Assembly: GCA_003971905.1 (NCBI GenBank)
Contig: RSEE01000006.1
Location: 806,001-870,000, forward strand
Length of the DNA stretch: 64,000 bases
Direction of reading: 5' to 3'
Source of the DNA: Moniliella sp. 'wahieum'
Taxonomy: Eukaryota
In this document: positions 39,700 through 52,612 of the stretch, in pieces
Numbering within the stretch: position 1 is the stretch's first letter
Layout: each line of letters opens with the position of its first letter
Position numbers and translations under genes: made by a program
The notes under the pieces: model-generated
Databases searched by the model: none
Seen by the model: only the letters and a program-made list of their open reading frames with translations
What the model was told of the DNA's origin: nothing

Positions 39700-41030
39700 A
39701 TATACTATCGCTTGCTGCTATAAACTAAAGAGAGGTGTCGAGCTACAGAGAGTGGAGTGGGCCACACGTATAGTCGAGGAGACAAAAGATTCGTTGGTAC
39801 AGGAAAGAGGTAGGCACGGTTAGCGAGGAGCGGCGCGAAGAAAAGACTGGCAGGAGACAAAGATTATTAAAAGCAACACAAAGGCAGAAAGCAGGGCTGG
39901 GGGAGACAAGGCCCGTCGAACAACGGTCCGGACTAACCCGGAGGGAAGAACACAACAACAGCAGATAGAAGACAACATGTTTTTCGGTTGGTGGATTATC
40001 CACCGTTGCAATGGGGCAAAACCCGCGTACTACTGTGGGTTTGCCTCCCTGGAAAAAAGCCCCCATAGTAGCGAAAAGAACTATACTGTTATGCCTGCAG
40101 AGGTGGGCGAGATAGCTATCTAGGAAGCCATCAGGCTGGATAAGAACCTCTGGCTCCTCAGCTGGTAGGAGAGTTCTTCCATGTACCGCGGTTCTATGGG
40201 GTTCCTCTGTCATAGTTACTCACATTGCAGCAGGAAATGCACAACTGTGGCACGCAGCAACCCACGTCGGGAGAGGGTAATGCAATGCCCTCCCCGGGGT
40301 TAACATCTCATCTAAAGTTCTTTATTATGTATATGACTTCTTCCTTAGAAGATCTTGATATTACCGCCATCTGGTGAGGATTGTCTTCATTTAGTTGACT
40401 GTGTTGTTCACATAGTATGGTTTGTATTCCCCACCTTGCTTCTCGTATAGTCGAACAACGGGGAGTGTGTGTGGTGTCACGTATTGAGACTATGCATTGT
40501 AATGTATGTGTGGTTCCTGTACTGCAATAGGAGTTCTGTCGATACCAATATATGTGGGTCCAAAGGCGACACAGGGAAAACTCTGTGCATGTTGTTACCA
40601 AGGCAGAGAGCTGTCGTCGGTCGCATCCCGATGCTCTGATTTTTCCCTCCCTGCGCTTCTCGGCCGGTGGCGGAGTTGAGCCTCGGGCCTACTACGGAAT
40701 ACAGACGAAACCCAGAATTCACCCAGTGTGGGTGCGAGACACCCAAAAATATCAGTAGTAGAAGGGACACATTCCATCCCAGCCGTATCCCTCTCTTCTT
40801 GGGGGGAAACTGCACAGACTCGGCGCGGATTAGGGATATAAGGCGGTGATAGACTGAGCCACAATTCGAGAAGGATGGGGACACTCTCAGTCGGAGGGAT
40901 GTGGGGTACCATTGCGGAGCCTGGGGCCCGTACCCCACATCTCCTACTTCTCCAACACACGCCATATGGCCACTATACTTCTTGTGCAGTCCTATAGTCA
41001 TCATTGAACTAACACTTTGAGTCTCACTCC
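39700..41030 (-). mobile_element. highly degenerate non-LTR (Tad1/LINE-like) 3' remnant
   Basis: AT-richer, stop-riddled stretch. Residual W.H.IGID..IA (RNase H-like, about 40560-40515) and ATVVHFLLQC..R (C-terminal zinc-knuckle-like, about 40255-40200), followed by a T-rich tail. Confidence 0.4.
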
Positions 41031-41934
41031 TGACTTGATAGCTTGACTGATATATGATACCGATACCAGTTGTGCTTACCTCCGTTACGCGTTACTGTCC
41101 GTTTCACCAATGACTAAACACATTGGGTGGGCTTGGGAAGAGGGGGCCTTGTTGGCGAGAAAAACGGGCATTGACGCACTATAGGGCAATGGTGTGTGAT
41201 AAGTATACTACTACTTCAATCTTCAGTCGTCTGCTTCTTTGGCTGGTGTTGAGTACCCAAAAGAGGCTGTCGCTCTGGCTGCGGGTGGACGAAAAGGCGA
41301 CGATGCAGGCTCTAGGACAATGACCACTTCGCCCCTTCGTGCTCCACCTCTCTGCACCACACATGATTCAGTGGACGTATGGGCCCCACATGCTATAACA
41401 CGGACCATCGCCAGGTTCCGGAGTGGAGCGTGCTCTCCGCCCTCAGGCCCTCCGGACGGACACAATATGGATCAAGCCTTTTTCGCATTTATCGGACGGG
41501 CAGGTAGGTGCATACCATCGGGGACACACACCACAACGTGGCGTTGGCGAGGGATCAAGGCAACGGCTGAACAATAGTGCAGCTAGTGTATTAGACCTTC
41601 AAGAAGTGCTTGCTGTTCCAGGGTCCCATCAGGGCGACACGCACTTGGGGGCCCTCTATGAAGTCCGATTGCTGTCCCAACAGCCCGAGACTCAAGAGGA
41701 CTCACACTCGATGCACGAAAACGGGAGGTAATGCATAATGGAGGGTGGACTGGCCAGGAAGTGTAGCAATGCGTGAAGGGTATAAACACCATCGTCCCTT
41801 CAATCTCTTCAGTTTTCATCATCCCTTTTTCCCTCTCTGATTACGATGGACTCTCTTTTCCATCTCCCACCTCTTCCCTCACCTGCAGAGCTTGCTACTT
41901 GGTCTTCGTTGCTCCCTTTCCAACAGAAGGAACA

Positions 41935-42920
41935 ATGCAAGCCCTTCTTCGCTCAGCCGTCGCCACAGGGGACTTATCCAAGGCCCAAATGGCTTGGAAA
42001 CACATCCAACGGCAAAGCTTGCAGCAGCCTTCGCCCGCCCCCGCCACGCCACTTGCTTCTCATCCATGGAAAGTACCGAGTCTTCCGCTCGTGGCGGTCC
42101 ACACGGGGTCTTCAGCACGATGATCCGCTGGCTTCGAAAGATCCTTCCAAGCGATCAGTGGACCAATCTGGAGAGGAAGGGAACGATTTTGACCTCTAGC
42201 GGCGTATTTAGGACCAGTGAGTGCCAGTTACACCCTTGCAAAACGGCCGAGGTCAGACCGCTCTCCATTTTGCTGCTGCGGGACATGCATCCCTGATCAG
42301 GCTCTTTCTCGCTCAAGGGGCCAATGCGAACGAGGAAGATGCCGATGGCAACCGGGCATTGCACTACGCTTCTGCATGGGGGAGGTAGATGTGATTGACC
42401 TGCTGCTACCGAGGACCAAGCTGGACGCACGCAACCGCGATGGCAGTACTGTTTCCGATGTCGCCTATGACCAAGGCACCTTATCCATTTTGCTCTCTCG
42501 GGCCAAGGGGAGGTACCACGACCTTGGTCCGAGCCCCTGCCTCTGATGGAGGACCCGAAACTGGCTCGGTCGCGATGGCTTCACCCCCCGTTCCCCTGGT
42601 TCCCCTACTCCCATTTCACATCCCTCCGATTGCCCTTGCGCTACCGGGCCCTCAAGTCCCTACCCCCCGCTCCCTCCCCACCCCGCGACTGTGGGGGATT
42701 GGTATGGGCAAATGTCGTGAGGGGGATGCGCCTGCGCCCCGCCTCGATCGATCTGGCTTCCTCCTCCTCATCAGTGGAGACAAGCGAACGTCTTTCCATG
42801 TCATCAACAGCTACCAGTTACATTTTTTCCGACTCGTCCCAATCTCCGCCTGCATTCTTGGATGCGCTGGGCAGTAAAAGATGCTCGTACCCGCGGAGGA
42901 TGGTTGGGCATGCCGAATAG
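41935..42920 (+). CDS. ankyrin-repeat protein, Avo2 (TORC2 subunit)-like
   Basis: LRSAVATGDL, LHFAAAGHASLIRLFLAQGANANEEDADGNRALHYASAWG, LDARNRDGSTVSDVAY. Confidence 0.7.
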
Positions 42921-43043
42921 CAGCCGCACCGCGATCATAGTAACAATGAGGCATGATGCAAAAAAATGGCTCCCAGGAGGGGGGAGGATGCACAGGTAAC
43001 AGGCGGGTGTCGTCCAAGACTGTCGGGGGATAGGGGCATGGGG

Positions 43044-43560
43044 TTAGTAGAACGTCTTGGGCCGGTTCGCGGCAAAGACCGACTTGGCGGCCGACTTGCG
43101 GTGCGGCAAGGGGAACTTGAGGTGAGGCTGGATGAGCTGCTTGATGTAGGGCCGCCGCACGTCTGCTGCCTTTTCAATCTCGGCAATCTTCAGAATATGG
43201 ATCGAGGCAAAGCGGGCACGGTGCCGCGCCGCCATGTCCTGGTACATGTTCTCCACCGCTTCGGCACGGGAAAGGGAACGGTACTCCTTGTACATGTTGT
43301 GCGTGCCCGACCGCGAGTTGTACCGCAGCCACACGCCAAAGTTCTTCACCTTGAGCGGCTTGGCCTCGGCAATCGCTTGCACCGCCACAATCTCTCCCGT
43401 TGACTTTTTCATCTTGCGCAGCTGGCGAACAAAGTACCAGAAACGCGACTTGGCCACGACCGAGTTGGGCGCAAAGATGCGCATGCGGTACAGCTTGGGG
43501 GGGCTCCTTCTCCGTGGGCAGGTGGCGCCCCACAACGAGATACTCAGTGAAGCGGGCCAT
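43044..43560 (-). CDS. RPL20: 60S ribosomal protein L20 (eL20/L18a)
   Basis: [39 protein letters not shown]...[22 protein letters not shown]...KFPLPHR..RPKTFY. Probable 40-nt 5'UTR intron 43634-43595. Confidence 0.97.
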
Positions 43561-43725
43561 GGCGATGGATGCCTTGAGGCTTGACGAGGAGGCACTGAGA
43601 GGAGAGCAGCCGTCAGAGGTTGGTGAACACGCACTGCTGGGGCCTTGGCTGGGCCGCGGCTCTGGGCCAGAGCGTCGCTCTGGCCAGCAGCACCGAAATA
43701 GTGCCCTTGGCAGGAGGGCAACTGC

Positions 43726-43826
43726 TAGGGTTGGCTTCCCATCTCTGGCACAGCGCCTGTGTCGACCCAGCGGGGACTGCCGCAGCAGATGAGAGGGGGC
43801 TTCACCGATTACCAGTAGGGTTGTCT
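43726..43826 (-). promoter_or_regulatory. two AACCCTA (telobox/Tbf1-like) sites upstream of RPL20
   Basis: TAGGGTT at 43726-43732 and 43816-43822. GTAGGGTTGTCT is identical to 723-734. Confidence 0.55.
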
Positions 43827-44016
43827 TCTTCAGTGCGGGGCCCCGCACTCTGTATCCAGCCCCGTGGGTGTTGTGTTGGTCTGGTGGGCATGCATCAGCT
43901 TGGTCGGTCGTAGGGATCGGTGATCCACTCTGCATTATGGCACCTGTTGGCCTGGCCAAGGGGCGAGAAAACGCGAACTTATACGTGCATGACATGACAG
44001 GGGGAATATGTGCGGT

Positions 44017-46013
44017 CTACTCTGTCTTTCCCTTCTGGGCAAAGAACTGCTGGATGAGCTGGAGCCCCTGGCCGTGGGGTAGCAACAGCTCACCGTGCGC
44101 CAGCCCTTGACCCACGAACAGCCCGCCGCCTTGGCTGAAATCGCGCATCCCATTCGCGACCAGGTAATCGTAGTTGCTCTTGCAATCCAGGATGGCGTCC
44201 TTCGTTGCGAGCATGATCAGCACTTTGCTCGGGTCGTCGAGCGAAGGGATCTCTTCGGGCCAGAGGATGTTGGAGGACCAATCAAAGTGGCGACAGAGCA
44301 CGTTGGCAGTGCCCACCTCTCGGGCCACAAAGTACCGCATCATCAACGACACTGGGTTGTCGGCACGCCGATACACAAAGTTGAAGCACACATGTGGCAC
44401 CCATAATTGGAAACAGACGGGGTCCACAAGACCACCGCTTGACCAACGTGTTCATCGCCTTGAGTGTCCACGATGCCACAATCGTGCCCCACGAGTGCCC
44501 CAGGATCTCGATCCCTATCCTCGGGTCGGCCCAGCCCTCGCGGCGCATAATATGGTCAAGGTACCCGGTTGTTTCGTGGTGCGCCAATGGACGCAGTAGT
44601 CTCGACTGAAGATCGACATGGAGATTTGATCTTGTAGGGGGATGAGGATCGGGCGGTCCTTAAAGTCTGGCGAGTGGACCAGGAACTGGAGCACCGAGTC
44701 ATACTGTATCAAGCCAATGCCGAGACCGTGGAAAACGACAAGAGGACGGGTGGAGGAGGTTTGGTCCTTGACTGCTTTCTCCGGGCTCCAGCCCGATGGC
44801 CGGTAAATGAGATAGCGCAGGCGCCCTATTTGTTCCTGTTGGAATCCCTGGCGGCGCACCCATGCCACCTCAAGATAGCTCAGAGTGTTGACCACAAGGT
44901 ACAGCAGCAGGGGCCGGGCCACAGTGCGGACGGGATCGATGGTGAGACGCATGACACGATGCATCTTCTCTCCGGTAGCGGGGTCAGTCATGAGCCACTT
45001 TGGATCCCCCCCTCAATCCGAAGGGGAAGACTAAACCCTTGACGCGCCTCAATCAGTTCCCGACAATAGTGGAGAAAGTCCAGCCGGTTGCCACGAATGG
45101 GGTCGTTCCATTCTCCAGGCCTCGCACGCGTTTCGACATGGTCCCATTGTCGCATATCTCGCCTCCGAGGCATCACATCCACCACCCCCGGGCCGCCGAC
45201 CTTGGGGTTCAGACCACGAGGGGGGAGCCGGAGACGCATTGAGGTTGCGAGCATATGGGTCCGGGCCGTTCGCATCCGCCTCAATCTCAGCAAGAGACAT
45301 GCCATACAGCGCCCCGCAAGCCATTGGTCCACGTCTCTTCGGGTCAAATTATTCGGCGGGGGACTCCAGTACCACATACCCTGTCCTTGCGCAAAGGATT
45401 GGGCACGCGGATCGTTGGCGGTCAACAGTCGTCCACAAAGGCTGGCACATAGGACACACGCCGAAGACGCTTCACACGCTCATCTCGCTCGTGCTCCGAC
45501 TTGCTGGCAGCAGGGGTAGGGGTGGGACTAGGGGTGCGGCTGGGTTGGGGGTGGGCTGGAGAACCTCAATGGGCTCCAGCGCATTTGGGTCGAGTCGTTG
45601 ACGAGTGGCAGGGGATACGGCCGAGGCAACGAGCGTTTGGGAAGGATTGGAGATAGAGGTGATGTCGGAATCGAGGGCACGGGACAAGACGTAGCGCAAA
45701 AAGCGACGACCGTATATTGGCCGAGGGCCCGGCTGCTGAATGAGGTGGCAGAGATACTGGTAATAGAGGGAGAATGCGTTTTCGGCGCTGCTATAGACGA
45801 AGAGAGTGAAGGCGAGGTACGGATGCGCCTCGAGTGCACGCGCCACCACGGCTGGAAGCACGATCCAAGGGCTCAGGTAGTGCACAACGTAGAGGATACC
45901 GAACACCCACCAGAACGGGACCTGGACCCAGATGGCAAAGATGACGGAGCGCATTATGGCGAGGCCCGTGTAGTGGAGCAGGTGGCGCGCACGCCGGCTG
46001 CGCTGGGCGCCAT
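44017..46013 (-). CDS. membrane-anchored alpha/beta-hydrolase fold protein
   Basis: N-terminal TM segments, MRLTIDPV..RPLLLY, PLVVFHGLGIGLIQY, nucleophile elbow GHSWG, DPVCFQLW.PHVCFNFVYR, KDAIL, AHGELL. Confidence 0.85.
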
Positions 46014-47316
46014 ACTGGAATGGGGGCTGTGGCAGGCAGGAGGTGGTGGCGGGGGGCAGCGGAGCGGACAAGTGTCGAGCCCAGCACACTTGCGTGTCGT
46101 GCGAGCAGCCGCAGGAGGGATCATACGCCGTGGCAGGCGAGGCGATCTGCGCGGCGCGCGGAATGCCCCCGGAGGCAAAGGACCCTGCTGCCCAACGGCG
46201 CGGTGCAACCGGCTGCGGATGGCTCCGATCACCGATGGGCGTGCGGCCAACCGCGGGGCAGTCTGATGGGGGCGACGCATGCATGACCCCAGCGATCTGA
46301 GACCCCCAAGGCCGCCAGCCCCAGGGCCAGCGAGTGTGCGACGGCTGCCGACGTCTCGTGCCGAGTCGGCTCAGCGAGCACGCGCACGCCGATCTTTGGC
46401 ATCCGCATGGCACTGACACGCGCCCATCGGCGGCACTACGGAGGCCTCTGAGCCTGCTGAGCCCCTGGGGCCTTCAGGCTCCTCAGGTGTGACGCGTGAC
46501 GCGTTAGGCCCAGGACGCGCGACGGCGACGGTTAGGCGCTTAGGTCTTAGGCGTCCTAGGATGGGATTGGTGGTGGGATGCGGTAGGATGCCGGATGGAT
46601 GGATGGGATTGCGAGACTCTGGACCGTTCGGTAGATATTGCCATTCCCATTGGGATCCACAAACTGCAATCCACTCTGGGATCTTCAGAACTCTCAGTTG
46701 TGGCTCCTTCTTTTGTCCTTTTGGCCACGTCCAGCCCCACACCCGCCGCGCCGTCAGCTGGACACGCTCCCTCCGTCCGCAATGAGAGTGGGAGTGCACC
46801 TAGCTGCCAGCAACCACACCCAGTCAGTTCTCTCTCGAGTTCTACACAGTACTAAGGGGGCACTCCAAACGTAGCACACGGCGCATGGCGGTCGGGGAAC
46901 AGGTCTACTAGGTTCGTCGCCGTCCGCACCACCGCCGACGAAGGGGAGCATCAACAGAAGATGCGAGCACCATCGCAACGTAGCGCGCCAAGGGGGTTGA
47001 ACGTTGGGACGTTGGGGGGGGGGCTCGTGCCGGACGATGGATGCACGCGTCGTTGAGCGCCGCGGCCAGTCTCGGCAGTCGGCTTGGCTTCGGTGGCGGC
47101 CAGAGGTGTGGCGGCCGGACGAACGGAAGGGGGGCGGAATTGGATTGGATTTTGGCCGTGGCGCCAAGCGGCGAAATGGAAGTACACTGGACCAGCCGGC
47201 TGGCGGCAGGCGGGCCGCGTAGTGGCGATGAAACTGCCGCCTTCATCACCACCACCACCGCCGCCGCCGCCGCACACCCACTACTGCGACCGTTCCACTC
47301 CACCAGCCCAGGGGCG

Positions 47317-49130
47317 ATGGGCATCACCTGGCCCCATCTCCAGCCTGTCGTCGCCGTGCCCGTACCAGCAGCGGCGCTGTGGACTCCCCGAGCAGTCTCA
47401 CAGTGGGTCTGCTTACCCTTCTCGCCATCTTGCTCGCCATGCTGGCAGGCGTCGGCCTGACCCCCAGTGTGTCCAGCGTGCGGGCACGCTTTGCTCCTCC
47501 CACACCGTCGCCGCCTCCAGCCAAAGACCTGGTGGGTACCACCCCGGCATCTACAATGCTGGAAATACGTGTTTTATGAACTCCACCCTCCAAGCCCTGG
47601 CTAGTGTCCCGCGCTTTTGGACGAGGTCGAAAAATCCCGGGCATACGCAGAGGAGGGTAAATTGTCTGTGCCGGTGTTGGATGCAAGTGGGGAATTGTGG
47701 GCCGAGCTCAACGACCCACGCGCCCGCCCATGGGCAATCCACGCAACTGCACTTGCTCGCGCCCTGTCCGCACCGAGGCCGGGAGGGTGGAGTGCGCGCA
47801 CGCTCACCGGTGCTCATGAACAGCAAGATGCACATGAACTGCTGTTGCTTCTTCTGGATGCACTGCAGAGGAGGAGGAGCGTACACAGAGCTACCGTGTG
47901 GAATACGCGCGGCTCCTTCGAGGCGGCCTGCGTGCCCTTCTCCCTTCTCCCCCACAACAGAAGGTGAAGGAAAAACTCGGCGCACTCCAAAGTTTAGTGG
48001 GAAGGGTGACACGGTGTTTGGTCTGTGGCTACACGACCGGAATCCGGGTGAATTCTTCACCAGTTTTGGAGCTGACGCCTCAAGGTGATTTGGTCTCCTC
48101 TCTGGTCCACTGGGCACAGGAAGAACGGGTAGAATGGACCTGTTGGCGCTGCAGCGTGCGGCGTACCCAGGCTCGTCTCTCTGCCCGGATTTTGGAGCTC
48201 AAGGAAGCTGGGCAAGGGGAAAAGCCAAATGGTGACTTGGGTCGCCTTTCGACTTCGGCCAAAAAGCGCAAGAAGAAGAAAGCCAAGAAGGCTAAGGATG
48301 AACGGGTGGATATGCTAGCACAAGCGGAATCCCTCAAGCGCGTTCTGCAGCAAATCGAGCGGATCTTACGGGACAACTTGAGTGAAGATGAGGTGGAGGA
48401 GTTTGGGGTCCCACTCTCGGAACCGGAGCAGGGCGTGACTCCGCCTCCACAGGAGGAGTCGAATTACGATCAACTCTGGGCCGAGCTGCGCACACGAGGC
48501 GACCGCTTCCCCAACTTGGCTTTCACAAGGCAGACTCTCCTTTGTGGTGGAGAAGTTCTCCCGATCCATTTGTCCCGCTCCTCCTACTTCGCGGGGTAGC
48601 AGTGAAGAATTCAGTCTTTGTCCCGTTCCCCGAAATCTTACGCTTACCCCCGCAAGGATTTTTGAGCCGAGCATTTCGGACGAGGAAGCACTTGCGCTGA
48701 GCTTGGGGAAGGAACAGGCGGCGGTCCTCGGCCTTCCAGAGGACAAGTTGAACGCTCTTAGGGCAGAGTTGCAACTCTATGAGCAGGGCCAAACCTATCG
48801 TCTGATGGCGGTGGTGGTTCACTTTGGGATGCACGGCTACGGACATTACATTGCCTTTCGTCGGAAACCCCCTTCTTTGCCCCCTGATGACGAGGAGTTT
48901 GATGATGCCTTGCCCGACCCGAGCCAAGAAGAATGGCTTCGTATATCCGATGCTAACGTACGACCTTGTTCATTGGAGGAGGTGTTGGGGCAAAGCGCAT
49001 ACCTTCTGTTTTACCAAAAGGTTGCCCAGGAAAGCCAGGGGGGCAAGATCGGTCCCCTTTCAATTCCTCCACACAGGAGACCCACCGCCTGCGCCTCAAG
49101 CCGCGTACCCTCCTTCGCGCGACTATGTAG
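47317..49130 (+). CDS. ubiquitin-specific protease (USP30/Ubp16/Ubp1-like) with N-terminal TM anchor
   Basis: TM LTVGLLTLLAILLAMLAGVG, Cys box GIYNAGNTCFMNSTLQALAS, EQQDAHE, His box YRLMAVVVHFGMHGYGHYIAFR, WLRISD, AYLLFY. Confidence 0.9.
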
Positions 49131-49276
49131 CATACCCGGGCCTAAAAGAATGCTCTGTGCCCACACATTGGACTGCGAGGAGCCGAGCATGTGTAGGCAT
49201 TGTGGACGAACGAACACGGAAAGGAATACGCATGCTAATGCACATGGCTCAAGCTGAGCCGGAAGCATCGACAAAC

Positions 49277-52200
49277 CTAAACGGATTTTGCGTGGAAGAA
49301 TGAACCCATCGCGGCAACATGCGAAACTGATATTCGCCGTGGGTATGGTCCGCCCAAGGAGTAAACACGATTGTTCTCACTTCGCCCGGACGACAGAAGA
49401 AGCCGAGGCTCAAGTCCGTGTCGGAAGAGAACTGCCCTAGCACGCCCTCCGGATGCTCGAGAGAGAAGTAGGGAGCGACGCCACCCTCGCACGTAACATT
49501 GTAGGATGCTTTGCCTCCCTTCCATGACAGAAGGGTGAGAGTTACCTCTGGGTCGGGCAGTTCGATGGGACAAATTGCTCCACAGGCCAAAAATACTCGT
49601 TTTTGAACTTGCGTTTGATTCCCCTAGCAATCAGATGGAGATAACCTCCCCCTCGACCGATGGGGGGAGAGACCGTGAGAACTTTGGTTGCGTTGGCCCC
49701 ATATATGAGAAAGGGTGCTTCTCCCTCGGTTATCTTGGTGCCCAAGTAATCATACCAGGCCCATGAGAGGATACCGTCGGTCCGGTTCTCCCGGTTGGTT
49801 CCGAGAGGATTAAAGTCGCTAACAACCCACAGGTCAATGACCCCCTCGCGGGCTGCGACAAAAGGCGCAACGGGGGCTTGGGCCGCACGCTGGTGTAGGC
49901 ACTGAATTTCCACCGCCCACCGTACTCGATAACCGACCAATCGCTGCCCTGCCAGACCGAGTTGAGTTGCCAAAACACTACACCGCTCGTCCGCTGGGGG
50001 AGTGCCGCGCCTACACGGTACATGAGCGTCTGGGAAGCGAGGTAGATGCCTTGGTAGACTTGCGTCGCATACGCCCATTGAGCCAGGTCCGCCCGACGTT
50101 CTCCCAAGCTCGCTGTCTCCGCAAGGGGCGGCGGGTGGGGGAGAAACATGGCGACGCCTTCTGTCAGCTGGGCTTGTCCGTCGTCGGCAGGGAAAGGATA
50201 GGTCAGGTTCCCCGCGGGGAATGTTTGTCGTGTGCCCGAACGACGGTCGAATTGAACCCCCAGTCGGCGGGGGCGGCATACGAGTCGATGGTCCAGATTG
50301 AGGGCAAGGAATGCATGCCGTATTCGTTCACGAAACGACTAGCTGGGTAGGCAGAGACATTGAAGGCATCCCGTGGATCGTAATTGTAGTGCTCAGCATC
50401 GCCATAAATGGCCCCTGGAGTGAATTGAGGTATCGGGCACATAGGGATCGAGGGAGGTGTACCCTTTCCCAGTTATGCAGGATGTAGGACAGATGTGTGG
50501 CTCTCCCTCATGACACGCAGGTAAGGTTGTGGAAAAGATGCTCGTACATGCCCTCATAAATCGAGCCGTTGGCCAACGTACTGTCCTGAGCATCATCTGC
50601 TCCCCCTCATTGTTGCCTGCCCACAGGGCAGTGGAAGCATGTGAGCTGAGCCGGCGGGCTTGGTAGTGGGTCTCCTTCCTTACCTCCTCGAAAAAGTCGG
50701 GGAGGGTGGGGTAGGCAGCGCCGCAGGCAAAGATGAGTTCCGACCAGACCAGAATCCCGCGCTCGTCGCAGTACCTGTACAACTCCTCGGATTCGTACCG
50801 TCCGCCGCCCCAGATGCGCAGCAGGTTGAGTCCCATCTCCTCTGCCGAGCGCGCAGCATGTATCGTCGCGCTACCTCTGCGGGGTGCAAACGTGTCCGAA
50901 GGGATGTAGTTGGCACCCTGGATAAAGATCGGGAAACCGTTCACCTCTACTTGGAATTTGGACCCAGGCGCCCAGCCATTGCGAACCTCGGTGGGAGAGA
51001 CGTTGTTCTGATTCATCACGATCGTCCGGAACCCGTAGCGGCGAGACCAATCGAGCCGCTCTCCACCCACCCAGAGGGTGCCATGGAAGGTATACAGGAA
51101 CGGCTCTCCTTGGCTGCGCGGCCACCAAAGGCGCGGTGCCTCTGGCCCCTTTGAAGGCAGCTCAAAGCTGGCCCACAGTCCGGTATTGTGTCCCCTGTGG
51201 AGGGGCTTGTTAAACTTCACCGGGGTGCCGGTCAGATGATCCAGCCTCCACTCGAGCGTCGCTACACCCTCGAGTGTCGACCACAGGTCGAGCGTGATAT
51301 TCACCACCCACGGTGCACTCTGGTCAGGAGGAAGGTTGGGCACTTGGCCCTTACGGTAGATGTCTGCCGCCACAAGGTCTGCCCAGAGATGGGCACTCTT
51401 CCCCCCATTGGTGGGGTAATCTTGCGTTTTTGTTCATGCGAGCTCTCCCTCTCCTGTTGCGGGGAACGGATCGGCCGAGGACTGTGGGAGAGGGCTACGA
51501 GGTAGGCGTCATCAATCGGTCCGGTAGGAAGATAAGCGGGTCCCCAATCCCATCCAAAGTCGGATTGTTGCTTGCGGACAAACTGCCGGTTGGCATACTC
51601 GTACACGTCCATCACCTCGTTGCCAGGGGCCGTGTTTTGGGTAGGGTAAAAGTGGTCACGCCAACTCTGATGGTCAGCATACGCCCTGGGCGAGGCAAAT
51701 CTCAGACTCAAGTTGCCTTTCAGATGGGAGAGGAAAGGCGTGACGTTTACTGTGCAGGGGCGGAAGGAGTTAGCGCTCTGGGCAATGGGCGTGTCACCAA
51801 GGGAGATGTTGACCGCCGTGTCGAGGGCAGCAAAGTGGAGGAGGAATTCATTGTCGTGCAGGGGAAAAGAGGCGTTGACCTGTTGCAGAAGAGGATGAAG
51901 GTCGACAGTGTAGGTCCACTCTTCATCTGCGACCCAGCGTACAAGCGCCTCGTTGAGTCCGACGTTGGGGTCGGGAATGAGGTTGTTAGCCAAAAGGTCA
52001 AGGTGCACCACAAGGGGAATCGCGCTGGGATGGAGATGGTTCCGTTAGCGTTTATGAGCTGCCATCGCAACGGGCCGGAAGGAGGAAGTCCATGCTGGAC
52101 ATGCCCAAAGAGGTGTTGGGATACGTTTTGCAGTCCAAAAGGCAATGGGCGGTCGTAGGAGCCGCTTGCCAGGGACCAGATGCCCGTGGCGTTCGTCCAA

Positions 52201-52308
52201 ACGGCAGCCGTGCCCGCCGCAGCTTCAAACCGCACAGACCAGATTAGCGTCGGGGGTTGTGGGGGACAGAACAGACGACACGGCTCGCGTACCGATGGGG
52301 ATCTGCAT
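49277..52308 (-). CDS. GH2 beta-mannosidase
   Basis: VHLDLLANNLIPDP, RKQQSDFGWDWGP, LWWP..GEPFLY, GANYIP.D, LRIWGGG.YE, WAGNNE (acid/base), RFVNEYG (nucleophile), WQLNSVWQ. Boundaries are approximate. Confidence 0.93.
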
Positions 52309-52612
52309 GAGCCCAGTCTTGGTGGTGAGCACGTTGGACACAGCGGCGAGGCAGGGCAGGTTATGCCGGTTATCGGCTGTGGATGGTAGGGTCATCGATC
52401 ATCTCGACTGCCGGCCAGCAGTATCGTAATTAGCTAAGGGTGTGTGCACGGCCGCTCTCCGACCGGCTACACCAAAAGATCCGGCTTGACTCGATTACCC
52501 CCCAAAGCTGATGGAAGCATGGGCTGCGGCACCCTGCATATGCGGGTGCACGACAGGTGGTAACGGGCTAAGCACGAGCTGACTGTGGTTCAGCCAAGAG
52601 GGAGAACGGGAC

